A stretch of 64,000 bases of DNA from Mongoliibacter sp. (lineage in GTDB: Bacteria > Bacteroidota > Bacteroidia > Cytophagales > Cyclobacteriaceae): the NCBI RefSeq assembly GCF_007692705.1, contig NZ_REBN01000124.1, forward strand, positions 37,712 through 101,711. Reading direction: 5' to 3'. Made by a program: the position numbers and the translations under genes. Under the pieces are notes generated by a model. That model saw nothing but the letters and a program-made list of their open reading frames with translations. It searched no databases and was not told the origin of the DNA. Within the stretch, counting starts at the first letter, position 1. Each line of letters starts with the position of its first letter. Positions 20,408 through 30,345 of this stretch are shown here, piece by piece.

Positions 20408-23400
20408 GTGATTATGATCAGGTTAGGGAGTTTATTTATCATTCCATTACTGCTTTTGATGAGTCTTTATTCTCAGTCCTTTGCCCAGTCTGAGTCCTGT
20501 AAGTGGTTGCCTGCATCAGAAGTCAATGGTGAGTTTGTGCTGGATTCTCTCAGTATCAAAAAGGAATCTATAAAGGTCACTGATTCGGAAGGACGAGCTT
20601 TTGGCTTTGATTATTCACTTAGCACAGGAAAATTAAAAATTGATCAGGAACAGCCCCTTCCAGATTCATTGTTGTTTTGCTACCAGACTTTCCCCTATGC
20701 TTTTCACAGTTCTGCTGCCAAAAGAACCTTGATGGTGGATTACGATTCCATGGCCATGTTTAAGGATAACCGGGTACAGGCTGCACCGGCTTTTGATTTC
20801 AGGGAGGAGCTTTTTCCTGCAACAAACCTGAATAAATCAGGAAATTTGACCCGTGGCGTTTCCTTTGGCAATACCCAAAACCTGTTCGTAAATTCTTCCC
20901 TCAATTTACAGATGAGTGGCCAACTTTCGGATAATCTTAACATACGAGCAAGTATAACCGATCAAAATGTTCCTTTTCAACCTGAGGGGAATACACAGCA
21001 ACTCCAGGATTTTGATAATGTACTGGTGGAATTGTATAATGATAAGTTTAATTTGGCCGCAGGGGACATTGTTTTGCAGCAAAGAAAGTCAGAATTTTTG
21101 CGGTACTACAAAAACGTGCAAGGGGCGCAGCTGACCTCAAATTACAAAATTGGGGAAAAGTGGAGCGCTTCATCCCAAGGTTCCGCTTCAGTAGCAAAAG
21201 GTAAATTTGCCTCTATTATTTTAGAAATCAGTGAAGGGACATTGGGTCCTTATAGGATTCCGGGTCCGCAGAATGAACGCTTTGTCATCATCATGGCCAA
21301 TTCTGAAAAAGTATTTCTTGACGGTAAACAATTGCAAAGAGGTTTCAATTATGATTATGTAATTGACTATAATCAGGGTGAAATCACCTTTACCCCAAAT
21401 GTACTGATTACCCAATATTCACGTGTGAGGATTGATTTTGAATATGCAGAGAGAAATTTCACCAGGTCAATAATATCAGCTAATCATATTCAAGAGACCG
21501 ACAAAGTTTCCTTATACATGAACTTTTATAGGGAGCAGGACAATAGGAACAGGCCATTGTTTTTTGAATTTTCCGATGCGGATAAAAGGTTGCTGGCTTC
21601 AGTAGGCGATGACATTGAGTCAGCTGCAGTCCCTAGGGTGGATAGTGTTGCTTTTGATCAAAATAGAGTGCTTTATAGAAGGGTACAGGATGTGGATGAT
21701 GCTGGATTGCCAATTACATTTTATGAATATTCCACTAATCCTGAAGAAGCCCATTTTGCTGTATCCTTCAGCGAGGTAGGACAAGGGAATGGAGATTATG
21801 TCAGGGATAGACAGATAGCCAATGGACCTGTATTTGTTTTCCGGCCCAGGGTAAATGGTGTACAACAAGGTAATTATTCCATCCTTTCACCTCTGCCTGC
21901 GCCAAACAAAAGGCAGATGTTTACCACAGGAGCGAGGATCAAATTGAGCAGCCATGAAGAAGTTTTTACTGAATTCGCTTTTTCAGAAAAGGATAATAAC
22001 CTGTTTTCAGAAATAGACAATGAGTCTAATAGGGGCTTTGGAATTAAATCAGGGGTGATTTCCCAAAATAGGCAGTTTGAGAAGTTTAAGGGGTATACCT
22101 TCAATGCCTTGACAGAGTTTGAGTATAACTCTGCTGATTTCAGTTTTATTGATCGCTTGAGGTATATTGAATTTGACCGAGATTGGAGTCTTAGACCTGA
22201 GGACGCAGAACTGGCAGGGCATGAAAGGATCTTCAATACCGAGTTTGAGTTTCAAAAGGATTTGAATAACCTGGCCAGTTACCGATTCAATTTTAGGAAC
22301 CGAGGCAGCATCTTGTCAGGGACGCAGCATATGGCCAAGTGGAACCAACAATTGGGCAAGAGATTCTTTGTCAAAAATGATTTATTTGTCCTGGATTCGG
22401 ATGTAAGAGATCTTAATTCTTCCTGGGTGAGGTATACAGGTGATGTACAATACAGGTCCAAGGTCCTTGTGCCAGGTTACCGATTAATGTTGGATAGAAA
22501 TGCCGTCAGTGATACCGAAAGAGATTCAGTTGTAAGTACAGCCATGAACTTTTTGGAACACATGGTGTACCTGAACAGTAATGATACCTTGCCATACTCC
22601 TTTTTCATCAATGCCTCTGTTAGAGAAGATAAGTTTCCTGTTGCAGGTATCCTGACCACAGATACTGAAGCTTTTCAGACCATGTTTGGATTGAAGCGTA
22701 GATTTAAGGGACATGACCTCAATGCAACCTTTACCTACAGAGAGCTACAATTTGTGCGATTGGGTCAGCAAAAGGAAACCACTGTTCTTAGCAAAATTGA
22801 TTACTTAGGTACTTTGGGTAATGGAAATGTAAGAAATGAGCTCAGTTATGCTTTGGGAAATGGACGGGAATTCCGAAGAGAGTTTGTTTTCTTACCAGTA
22901 CCTACCGGGGAAGGTACACACGCATGGAGGGATGATAATGGGGATGGTATCCAACAGTTGAATGAATTCTATATTGCCATCAACCCTGAGGAGAAAAATT
23001 TCATCAAGGTTTTTGTGCCGACAACAGACTTTGTACAGGCTTTCACTACTATTTTCAATTACCGTCTTAATGCAAAATTTCCTGATGCTTGGCGTAAAGA
23101 AGGAGGGATGAGAAAGTTTTTGCAGCGCTTTTCAAATACCAGCAGTGTGAGTATTGAGAAGAAAATCACGTCGAGTGAGTTTTGGGATAGGATCAACCCT
23201 TTTGTAGGAGGCTTTGCTGACGAGGATCTGATATCTGTAAGGCAGGTCATCAGGTCTTCGTTTTTCTTCAATAGGGCTTCTGCCAAATATGGATTTGATT
23301 TTTCTATTTTCGATAGCCAAAACAAACAACTTCTTGCAGGAGGCTTTGATGATTTAATTCAAAAAGACTTAAGACTCAATACCCGTTATAATTTCAATCC

Positions 23401-23890
23401 CAACCTCAACTTGCGTGTCATAGGCCAAATAGGAAATAGGATTGCAAACTCTGATTTTTTGGATAATAGGAATTATGATATTGAGCAGTCTGGACTGGGG
23501 CCTGAATTGGCATGGCAGCCAAGCAGTATTTTTAGAACTACGTTTACCTATAATTTCACTGACAAACAAAATGTAGCCAACACCGAGATAGATGAAAGGG
23601 CAAGGTTGCATCAAACTGGACTAGATTTCAGGTATTCAAAGGCCATCAAAACCACCATCAATGCCAACTTTAGGTATATACACATTGATTATAATGGCAT
23701 CCCCAACTCTCCCGCGGGCTATGAAATGCTACAGGCACTTACGGTCGGGGGCAATGTGACATGGACTTTGAATTGGCTGCAAAAAATAGGTGAGGGGCTA
23801 CAGATGAATGTGGTTTATGAAGGCAGAAATTCAGAAGGTTTGGGGAGGTTGGTACATATAGGCAGAATGCAAGTAACTGCTTTATTTTGA
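20408..23890 (+). CDS. Uncharacterised large outer-membrane protein (probable beta-barrel)
   Basis: Signal peptide, alternating aromatic beta-strand pattern in the C-terminal part, C-terminal Phe (MQVTALF). Confidence 0.7.
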   Translation: MIMIRLGSLFIIPLLLLMSLYSQSFAQSESCKWLPASEVNGEFVLDSLSIKKESIKVTDSEGRAFGFDYSLSTGKLKIDQEQPLPDSLLFCYQTFPYAFHSSAAKRTLMVDYDSMAMFKDNRVQAAPAFDFREELFPATNLNKSGNLTRGVSFGNTQNLFVNSSLNLQMSGQLSDNLNIRASITDQNVPFQPEGNTQQLQDFDNVLVELYNDKFNLAAGDIVLQQRKSEFLRYYKNVQGAQLTSNYKIGEKWSASSQGSASVAKGKFASIILEISEGTLGPYRIPGPQNERFVIIMANSEKVFLDGKQLQRGFNYDYVIDYNQGEITFTPNVLITQYSRVRIDFEYAERNFTRSIISANHIQETDKVSLYMNFYREQDNRNRPLFFEFSDADKRLLASVGDDIESAAVPRVDSVAFDQNRVLYRRVQDVDDAGLPITFYEYSTNPEEAHFAVSFSEVGQGNGDYVRDRQIANGPVFVFRPRVNGVQQGNYSILSPLPAPNKRQMFTTGARIKLSSHEEVFTEFAFSEKDNNLFSEIDNESNRGFGIKSGVISQNRQFEKFKGYTFNALTEFEYNSADFSFIDRLRYIEFDRDWSLRPEDAELAGHERIFNTEFEFQKDLNNLASYRFNFRNRGSILSGTQHMAKWNQQLGKRFFVKNDLFVLDSDVRDLNSSWVRYTGDVQYRSKVLVPGYRLMLDRNAVSDTERDSVVSTAMNFLEHMVYLNSNDTLPYSFFINASVREDKFPVAGILTTDTEAFQTMFGLKRRFKGHDLNATFTYRELQFVRLGQQKETTVLSKIDYLGTLGNGNVRNELSYALGNGREFRREFVFLPVPTGEGTHAWRDDNGDGIQQLNEFYIAINPEEKNFIKVFVPTTDFVQAFTTIFNYRLNAKFPDAWRKEGGMRKFLQRFSNTSSVSIEKKITSSEFWDRINPFVGGFADEDLISVRQVIRSSFFFNRASAKYGFDFSIFDSQNKQLLAGGFDDLIQKDLRLNTRYNFNPNLNLRVIGQIGNRIANSDFLDNRNYDIEQSGLGPELAWQPSSIFRTTFTYNFTDKQNVANTEIDERARLHQTGLDFRYSKAIKTTINANFRYIHIDYNGIPNSPAGYEMLQALTVGGNVTWTLNWLQKIGEGLQMNVVYEGRNSEGLGRLVHIGRMQVTALF

Positions 23891-24556
23891 TTGTAGTGGG
23901 AAGACTTCAATTTTCCTGAATTCCACCTCAGAACCCTCAGCCTGAATAGCAATTTTTCCCTTTTTGGCTGTTGCGTTAAATCCTTCATTCACTAGATCAC
24001 CATTTAGCCAAACAGTAATATTATCGCCTTTGCATTCTATGGTCATATGGTTCCATTCTCCAAGTGGATTTTCGGAGTCATCTGTAAGGTTTTTTATCCT
24101 TCTTTCTTTGCCCTCAGTGACGCCCCAGTTTTCTTTGGGGCCTCTTCTTTTTTCCATGTTTTGGACCTCAATATTTTCTCCAATACACCAAAAATCACCA
24201 GCATTCCCATGCATCATTTGTACTTCAATAGATTGTGGGAACAAACTGTAAAGCATCCTGGGAGTAGAAGCATGAACCAAAACACCACAATTCCCAGGCT
24301 CGTCGGGAAACCTATATTCTACCTCAAGTATATAATCCTCAAATTCTTTTTTGGTAATCAAATGTCCCATGGGAGTACCGAGACTTACAAGCATTCCTTC
24401 TCTTACAATAAATGGTATTCTCAAATTGCTATCGAGTTCTAAATCAGGGACGTCGATATACCAGCCATCCAATGAACTTCCATTAAAAAGTGATTGTGCA
24501 GTAGATTGAAAACTGGTTGCAATCAAAATGATGAGTGTTGTAAATATTTTTACCAT
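23882..24556 (-). CDS. DUF1080 (3-keto-disaccharide hydrolase-like) protein
   Basis: SLFNGSSLDGW, GNCGVLVH, GEWNHMTIEC and GKIAIQAEG..VEFRKI motifs; signal peptide. Confidence 0.9.
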   Translation of the reverse strand: MVKIFTTLIILIATSFQSTAQSLFNGSSLDGWYIDVPDLELDSNLRIPFIVREGMLVSLGTPMGHLITKKEFEDYILEVEYRFPDEPGNCGVLVHASTPRMLYSLFPQSIEVQMMHGNAGDFWCIGENIEVQNMEKRRGPKENWGVTEGKERRIKNLTDDSENPLGEWNHMTIECKGDNITVWLNGDLVNEGFNATAKKGKIAIQAEGSEVEFRKIEVFPLQSK

Positions 24557-24611
24557 AAACTCAATTTAGGAAAATTATGAGCATGTAGAAAGAGTATTTA
24601 GAGCCCTAGAA

Positions 24612-24639
24612 TCAAAACATGACTTTTATCATGTTTTGA
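24612..24639 (+). promoter_or_regulatory. Palindromic FNR/CRP-like box upstream of the cco operon
   Basis: TCAAAACATGA-CTTTTA-TCATGTTTTGA with perfect 11-bp arms and core TGA-N6-TCA at 24620-24631. It lies 45 nt upstream of TAGATTTG (24677-24684). Confidence 0.7.
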
Positions 24640-24676
24640 CCTACTAGAAGTCACCAAATTCCAATTCCCTCCCTTT

Positions 24677-24684
24677 TAGATTTG
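24677..24684 (+). promoter_or_regulatory. Bacteroidota -7 promoter element (TAnnTTTG) for the cco operon
   Basis: TAGATTTG ends 20 nt before the ATG at 24705. Confidence 0.65.
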
Positions 24685-24704
24685 TACCAATAAATATCAA
24701 AGTT

Positions 24705-25340
24705 ATGCAGGGGGAGAATAAAATTAAGTCGGGTTTTGCATTTCCAGAAGAAATAGTTTCAACTCATTTCTGTGGCCGTTTGCCCAGCGGTTTTTCTATT
24801 CATCTCAATCAAGGTGGAAGTGGAGTGCAGTGTAGTCCGGAGCTAGGGCCATCATTGTATACAGCCCACCTGCCGGAAATACTGGATTGGATCCACCAAT
24901 TCGATAGACCAGTCCCTTTGCAGAAGGAACCCTGCTCTGTGCCTGTACTGCTTTTTGATGATGAGTTGAGTTTTGAAAGCCTGTTGTTCCATTATGATGG
25001 GACTCCGGCATCTGCCAGTTTGATTAAGAATTTCATAGATCTTTTTGAAGAAAATATTGGTGAAAGTAAAGCAACCATCATTTCACCTTGCTTTATCCCA
25101 AAATCCAAGCAGAGAGAAGAACAGGAATTGGTCCAGCTCTTGGCCTCAAGGACAGCGGAAACTTCATTTATCAAATTCAATTTCAATCGGATTGGTGACT
25201 TTTGGTCCTATGCTGTCAAGCATAAATGTACCCTTTTGGTAACTACCAAAAACTATCAAGCTGATCTGGCAAAAGTTCTTTTTCACTTCTATAAAGGAGG
25301 CATGTGGTACAATAAGCTATCATTTTACCTCTCTTCTTGA
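24705..25340 (+). CDS. Hypothetical protein, divergent universal-stress-protein-like
   Basis: PVLL...LLFHYDGTPAS segment resembles the USP 'vlvayDGS' strand. First gene of the cco cluster. Confidence 0.6.
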   Translation: MQGENKIKSGFAFPEEIVSTHFCGRLPSGFSIHLNQGGSGVQCSPELGPSLYTAHLPEILDWIHQFDRPVPLQKEPCSVPVLLFDDELSFESLLFHYDGTPASASLIKNFIDLFEENIGESKATIISPCFIPKSKQREEQELVQLLASRTAETSFIKFNFNRIGDFWSYAVKHKCTLLVTTKNYQADLAKVLFHFYKGGMWYNKLSFYLSS

Positions 25341-25383
25341 GAATTGATTTACTACGATACATTGATTATTCAATACTAAATAC

Positions 25384-27822
25384 ATGAGCAAATCAGCCCA
25401 TATTGGTCCATCTACAAGCACACAAAACTGCTTTCATTGCGGGGAATCCTGTAAGGATGAAATTCTGCATTTTGATGACAAGGATTTCTGCTGTACCGGA
25501 TGTAAACTCGTGTATGAGGTATTGAGTGAAAACGATCTTTGTAACTACTATGATATAGCAGAAAAACCAGGTTCCAGTCAGAAAAATACCTCCAAAAGAG
25601 ACAATCGATTTGATTACTTGAATGATGAGGATATTGTTAGGCGACTGGTAGACTTTCAGAATGAAGAAGAAACTCATATAACATTCAATGTACCCTTGAT
25701 TCATTGTGCATCTTGTATATGGTTACTCGAAAACCTGCATAAACTCAATGAAGGAGTAGTATCTGGAAGGGTAGATTTTATAAAGAAAAAAGTCCAGGTC
25801 AAATTCAAGCAGAGAAAGATCAGTCTGAAGGATTTGGTACAACTTTTATCCAAAATAGGCTATGAGCCAACCATAAACCTGGCAGATGCTGATAAAAAAA
25901 CTGTCCAAGTAACAGATAAAAAGCTAATCTATAAGCTTGCTGTTGCTGGATTTTGCTTCGGTAATATGATGTTGTTCAGTTTGCCTGAATACTTTGCAGA
26001 GGCGGAGCTATTGGGGAATGGATTCAAAAAGACCTTCAATTACCTGAATGTTCTTTTGTCCTTGCCGGTGTTTTTTTATGCTGCTACAGATTATTATAAG
26101 TCTGCCTGGATTTCTGTTCGTAACAAAGCTGTGAATATGGATGTACCGATTGCCATCGGTATTGTGACTCTTTTTTCCTATAGCCTTTATGATATTTTCC
26201 TTTTAGGAAACGAGGGATACATGGATACCCTTGGGGGTCTGTTATTTTTCCTTTTGATTGGGAAATATTACCAGCAAAAAACTTATGACACCCTTTCATT
26301 TGACAGGGATTACAAGTCTTATTTCCCCATAGCAGTTACCAAACTGATAGCAGACCGGGAGGAAGTTATTCCCTTGGTCAAACTTCATGTAGGGGATCTC
26401 ATCAAGGTAAGAAATGAGGAACTTATCCCCTCAGACAGTATTCTCCTGGAAGGAGATGCCAATATTGATTACAGTTTTGTGACGGGAGAAGAAGTTCCTG
26501 TAATCAAGAAAAAAGGTGAGTTGATCTACGCTGGTGGTAGGCAAAAGGGCAATGCAATAACCTTAGCGGTTCAAAAATCCCCATCCCAAGGGTACCTGAC
26601 TGATCTTTGGAACAGTGAGGCATTTGAAAAGGAAAAGACCAAAGGCTTGGAGTCCCTTGCCAATACGATTTCCGGAAAATTCACTTTTACGGTACTTTTT
26701 ATAGCCTTAGCTGCTTTGGTATACTGGATTTCTCAAGGACAGGTTTCCTTGGGTGTACTGTCATTTACATCAGTGTTGATCATTACCTGTCCGTGTGCCT
26801 TGGCTATGTCTACACCTTTCACTTTGGGGAATACACTCAGGGTATTGGGACAGGGAAAATTTTACCTCAAAAATGCGCATGCCATTGAAAAACTTGCCAA
26901 AACAGACACTGTTGTTTTTGACAAAACTGGGACACTCACTTCCCCTTCCCAAGCTCGCGTGACATACGTAGGGGAAGAACTTTCTCAAGAATCCAAAGCG
27001 CTTATCAAAGCAATGGTGAGCCAATCAACACATGCATTGAGCAATAGGATCAATACATGGCTCGGAGAAACAAATGCAGCTGGACTGCAATTAGTGGAAG
27101 AATTGCCGGGGAAAGGGTTGAGATGTGACTACAAAATGCAAGAAATAAGATTGGGTTCTGCCACTTTTGTAGGGGCTGACCTGCAAGACCTCCCTGAAGG
27201 AGGCAACCTGGTCTTTTTTGCGATTGAAGGACATGTTCTAGGCTACTTTTTTATCCAAAGCGGATTGAGAAATAATGTAAGGCAGCTGGTGGCAGATATT
27301 TCAGAAAACCGATCAATTCACCTTCTTTCCGGAGATCAAGACCATGAGCGGGAAAATCTACAGAAAGTCTTTGGAAAAGATGTGAAAATGAATTTTAGCC
27401 AAAGTCCTAAAGATAAACTTCAATACCTCAAATCACTCAATGAGGGTGGTGCATATACCCTTATGGTTGGTGATGGTCTCAACGATGCAGGGGCATTACA
27501 GGAAAGTCATATAGGCATAGCCATTACGGATAAAGTGAGCAATTTTTCACCAGCCTCAGATGCCATTATGGATGCATCTGTTCTGGAAAGATTGCCAGCT
27601 TTCCTTCAGTTTGCCAAAACGAGCAGAAAAATCATCAAGGCTAGTTTTGGACTGAGCTTTACTTACAATACGGTAGGGGTGTTTTTTGCAGTTCAAGGTC
27701 TTGTAAGTCCGGTATTCTGCGCGATTCTAATGCCTATCAGCAGTATTTCAGTGGTGGTGTTCACCACCGTCACAACCAATTACCTTGCCTATAAGCGAGG
27801 ACTTAAAGATAAAATATTTTAG
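25384..27822 (+). CDS. ccoI: cbb3 assembly P1B-type (Cu) ATPase CcoI/FixI
   Basis: N-terminal CFHCG...CCTGC, HMA CASC, TGE, CPC, DKTGT and GDGLND motifs. Confidence 0.93.
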   Translation: MSKSAHIGPSTSTQNCFHCGESCKDEILHFDDKDFCCTGCKLVYEVLSENDLCNYYDIAEKPGSSQKNTSKRDNRFDYLNDEDIVRRLVDFQNEEETHITFNVPLIHCASCIWLLENLHKLNEGVVSGRVDFIKKKVQVKFKQRKISLKDLVQLLSKIGYEPTINLADADKKTVQVTDKKLIYKLAVAGFCFGNMMLFSLPEYFAEAELLGNGFKKTFNYLNVLLSLPVFFYAATDYYKSAWISVRNKAVNMDVPIAIGIVTLFSYSLYDIFLLGNEGYMDTLGGLLFFLLIGKYYQQKTYDTLSFDRDYKSYFPIAVTKLIADREEVIPLVKLHVGDLIKVRNEELIPSDSILLEGDANIDYSFVTGEEVPVIKKKGELIYAGGRQKGNAITLAVQKSPSQGYLTDLWNSEAFEKEKTKGLESLANTISGKFTFTVLFIALAALVYWISQGQVSLGVLSFTSVLIITCPCALAMSTPFTLGNTLRVLGQGKFYLKNAHAIEKLAKTDTVVFDKTGTLTSPSQARVTYVGEELSQESKALIKAMVSQSTHALSNRINTWLGETNAAGLQLVEELPGKGLRCDYKMQEIRLGSATFVGADLQDLPEGGNLVFFAIEGHVLGYFFIQSGLRNNVRQLVADISENRSIHLLSGDQDHERENLQKVFGKDVKMNFSQSPKDKLQYLKSLNEGGAYTLMVGDGLNDAGALQESHIGIAITDKVSNFSPASDAIMDASVLERLPAFLQFAKTSRKIIKASFGLSFTYNTVGVFFAVQGLVSPVFCAILMPISSISVVVFTTVTTNYLAYKRGLKDKIF

Positions 27823-27824
27823 CC

Positions 27825-28007
27825 ATGGAAGTAATATTCATACTCATTGCAATAAGTCTGATCCTTGCCGGATCCTTTCTGTTCCTGTTTTTCAGGGCCA
27901 TGAAGGGAGGGCAATTTGAAGATAACCATACTCCTGCCATCAGGATATTATTCGAAAATAAACAATCAAACAAAAGCAAAAAAGTACCAACACCTAAATC
28001 AAAGTAA
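27825..28007 (+). CDS. ccoS: cbb3 oxidase maturation protein CcoS
   Basis: One TM helix followed by GGQFED...PAIRIL. Confidence 0.93.
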   Translation: MEVIFILIAISLILAGSFLFLFFRAMKGGQFEDNHTPAIRILFENKQSNKSKKVPTPKSK

Positions 28008-28009
28008 AT

Positions 28010-30142
28010 ATGTCAGGAACAACACTGGAAAAATTTGCTTACGACAATAAGATCGTAAAGTACTTTGGGGTCGCCACCATTGCCTGGGGCCTCATTGGTA
28101 TGTTGGTTGGCGTGATTGCAGCAACGCAGCTCTTTCTCCCCGAAGCCAACATGGGAAATCCTTACACTACTTATGGAAGAATCAGGCCGCTACATACCAA
28201 TGCGGTGATTTTTGCCTTTGTAGGTAATGCGATTTTCGCAGGGATTTATTATTCAATGCCAAGACTCCTGAAAGCGCCTATGTGGAGTAAAGCCCTCAGC
28301 TGGATCAACTTCTGGGGATGGCAATTCATTATTTTATTGGCTGTAATTACTTTGCCTCTAGGATTGACTTCTTCCAAAGAGTATGCAGAATTGGAATGGC
28401 CAATTGATATTTTGATAGCTTTGGTTTGGGTTGCGTTTGGTGCTAATATGATCGGTACACTGATCAAAAGAAGAGAAAAGCATATGTATGTTGCCATTTG
28501 GTTTTACCTGGCTTCTTTTGTGACAGTAGCAGTATTGCACATCTTTAATTCGCTTGCGCTTCCTGTATCTTTCTTCAAAAGTTATTCTGCTTATGCAGGC
28601 GTGCAAGATGCTTTGGTACAGTGGTGGTACGGTCACAATGCAGTAGCTTTCTTCTTGACCACGCCCTTCCTTGGTTTGATGTATTATTACTTACCAAAAG
28701 CGGCAAACAGACCTGTTTATTCATACAAGCTTTCTATAATTCACTTCTGGTCTTTGATCTTCCTATACATATGGGCAGGTCCTCACCACCTTCTATACAC
28801 AGCATTACCAGAGTGGGCACAAATACTGGGAGTCGTTTTCTCCGTGATGTTGATTGCTCCTTCCTGGGGTGGTATGGTCAATGGTCTCTTGACATTGAGA
28901 GGTGCTTGGGACAAAGTAAGGGTTGATCCTGTTTTGAAATTTATGGTGGTCGCTGTGACAGCATACGGTATGGCCACATTTGAAGGTCCTCTACTTTCTC
29001 TCAAAAGTGTCAACGCAATTGCACACTATACAGATTGGATTGTTGCTCACGTACATATCGGAGCATTGGGTTGGAATGGTTTCTTCACTTTCGCCATGCT
29101 TTATTGGCTATGGCCTAAAATGTGGAAAACGACACTTTATTCAAACAAACTTGCCAATACCCACTTTTGGATGGGGACAATAGGAATTCTTTTCTATGCT
29201 CTTCCAATGTATGTAGCTGCCCTTACACAGTCTTTAATGTGGAAGGAGTTTACTGAAGCTGGGAGATTAGCTTATCCAAACTTCCTTGAAACTGTCATCC
29301 AAATTGTTCCTATGTATATACTCAGAGCGTTTGGAGGTTTGCTATACCTTTCTGGAGCATTCTTGATGGTGTATAATATGGTGAAAACTGCCAAGCAAGG
29401 TAAGTTTATGGAGGAAGAAGCTGACGAAGCTCCTGCTCTTGAAGCACACGTTTCTGAAAAAGGAGAGTTCTGGCATAGGGCCTGGGAAAGAAAGCCTGTG
29501 TTCTTCACCATTTTGGCAACTATTGCCATTGCAATCGGTGGGGCCGTGGAAATCATCCCAACAATTCTTGTCAAGTCGAATGTTCCAACCATTAGCAGTG
29601 TGACTCCTTACTCTGCTTTAGAGTTACAAGGAAGAGATCTTTATATCTCTCATGGCTGTGTAGGTTGTCACTCTCAGATGATCAGGCCTTTCAGGTCAGA
29701 GACAGAACGTTATGGGGAATATTCCAAGGCTGGTGAATTTGTATATGATAGACCTTTCTTATGGGGGTCAAAGCGTACTGGCCCTGACTTGCACAGGGTA
29801 GGCGGTAAGTATCCGGACAGTTGGCATTACCACCACATGGTGGATCCCCGAAGTATGTCTCCAGGTTCTTTGATGCCTCCATACCCATGGATGGCGACCA
29901 GCACCATGGATCACAAAGACCTGCCTGCAAAGATCAGGACGCTGCAAAAGCTTGGAGTACCTTATCCTGAGGGGTATGATGCACAAGCCAATGCTGACCT
30001 AGAACTTCAAGCCAATCAGATAGTAGCGAATCTCAAGGATTCCGGAATCGAAGTGATGCCAGATACTGAAATTGTAGCACTGATTGCTTATTTACAGCGA
30101 CTCGGCACGGATATTAAAAAAACAACAGCCACAAACCCATAA
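28010..30142 (+). CDS. ccoN: cbb3-type cytochrome c oxidase, fused subunits I and II (CcoNO)
   Basis: RPLHTN, QWWYGHNAV, GPHHL and HVH motifs, then a CcoO domain with CVGCHSQMIRP and WGSKRTGPDL. Confidence 0.96.
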   Translation: MSGTTLEKFAYDNKIVKYFGVATIAWGLIGMLVGVIAATQLFLPEANMGNPYTTYGRIRPLHTNAVIFAFVGNAIFAGIYYSMPRLLKAPMWSKALSWINFWGWQFIILLAVITLPLGLTSSKEYAELEWPIDILIALVWVAFGANMIGTLIKRREKHMYVAIWFYLASFVTVAVLHIFNSLALPVSFFKSYSAYAGVQDALVQWWYGHNAVAFFLTTPFLGLMYYYLPKAANRPVYSYKLSIIHFWSLIFLYIWAGPHHLLYTALPEWAQILGVVFSVMLIAPSWGGMVNGLLTLRGAWDKVRVDPVLKFMVVAVTAYGMATFEGPLLSLKSVNAIAHYTDWIVAHVHIGALGWNGFFTFAMLYWLWPKMWKTTLYSNKLANTHFWMGTIGILFYALPMYVAALTQSLMWKEFTEAGRLAYPNFLETVIQIVPMYILRAFGGLLYLSGAFLMVYNMVKTAKQGKFMEEEADEAPALEAHVSEKGEFWHRAWERKPVFFTILATIAIAIGGAVEIIPTILVKSNVPTISSVTPYSALELQGRDLYISHGCVGCHSQMIRPFRSETERYGEYSKAGEFVYDRPFLWGSKRTGPDLHRVGGKYPDSWHYHHMVDPRSMSPGSLMPPYPWMATSTMDHKDLPAKIRTLQKLGVPYPEGYDAQANADLELQANQIVANLKDSGIEVMPDTEIVALIAYLQRLGTDIKKTTATNP

Positions 30143-30153
30143 CCTCCAAAACT

Positions 30154-30345
30154 ATGAAAAAGGACATATTGAGTTCCATTGAGAACATCGAAATCTATCC
30201 AATCATATCCTTACTGATCTTTGTGGTCTTCTTTGTGGGGATGTTTATATGGGTGATAAAGGCAGATAAAAGTTACATAAATCATATGAAGGACTTGCCG
30301 TTTGACGAGGATTCACAAAAAAACAGCAGCTATGAAAAAGTTTAA
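30154..30345 (+). CDS. ccoQ: cbb3 oxidase subunit CcoQ-like
   Basis: Single TM helix and HMKDLPFD tail; sits between ccoNO and ccoP. Confidence 0.85.
   Translation: MKKDILSSIENIEIYPIISLLIFVVFFVGMFIWVIKADKSYINHMKDLPFDEDSQKNSSYEKV

Noticed and set aside
27015-27045. CcoI STHALS instead of the usual HP motif as a sign of inactivation
   Set aside because: DKTGT, CPC, TGE and GDGxND are intact and the operon is complete; a single substitution is insufficient evidence.
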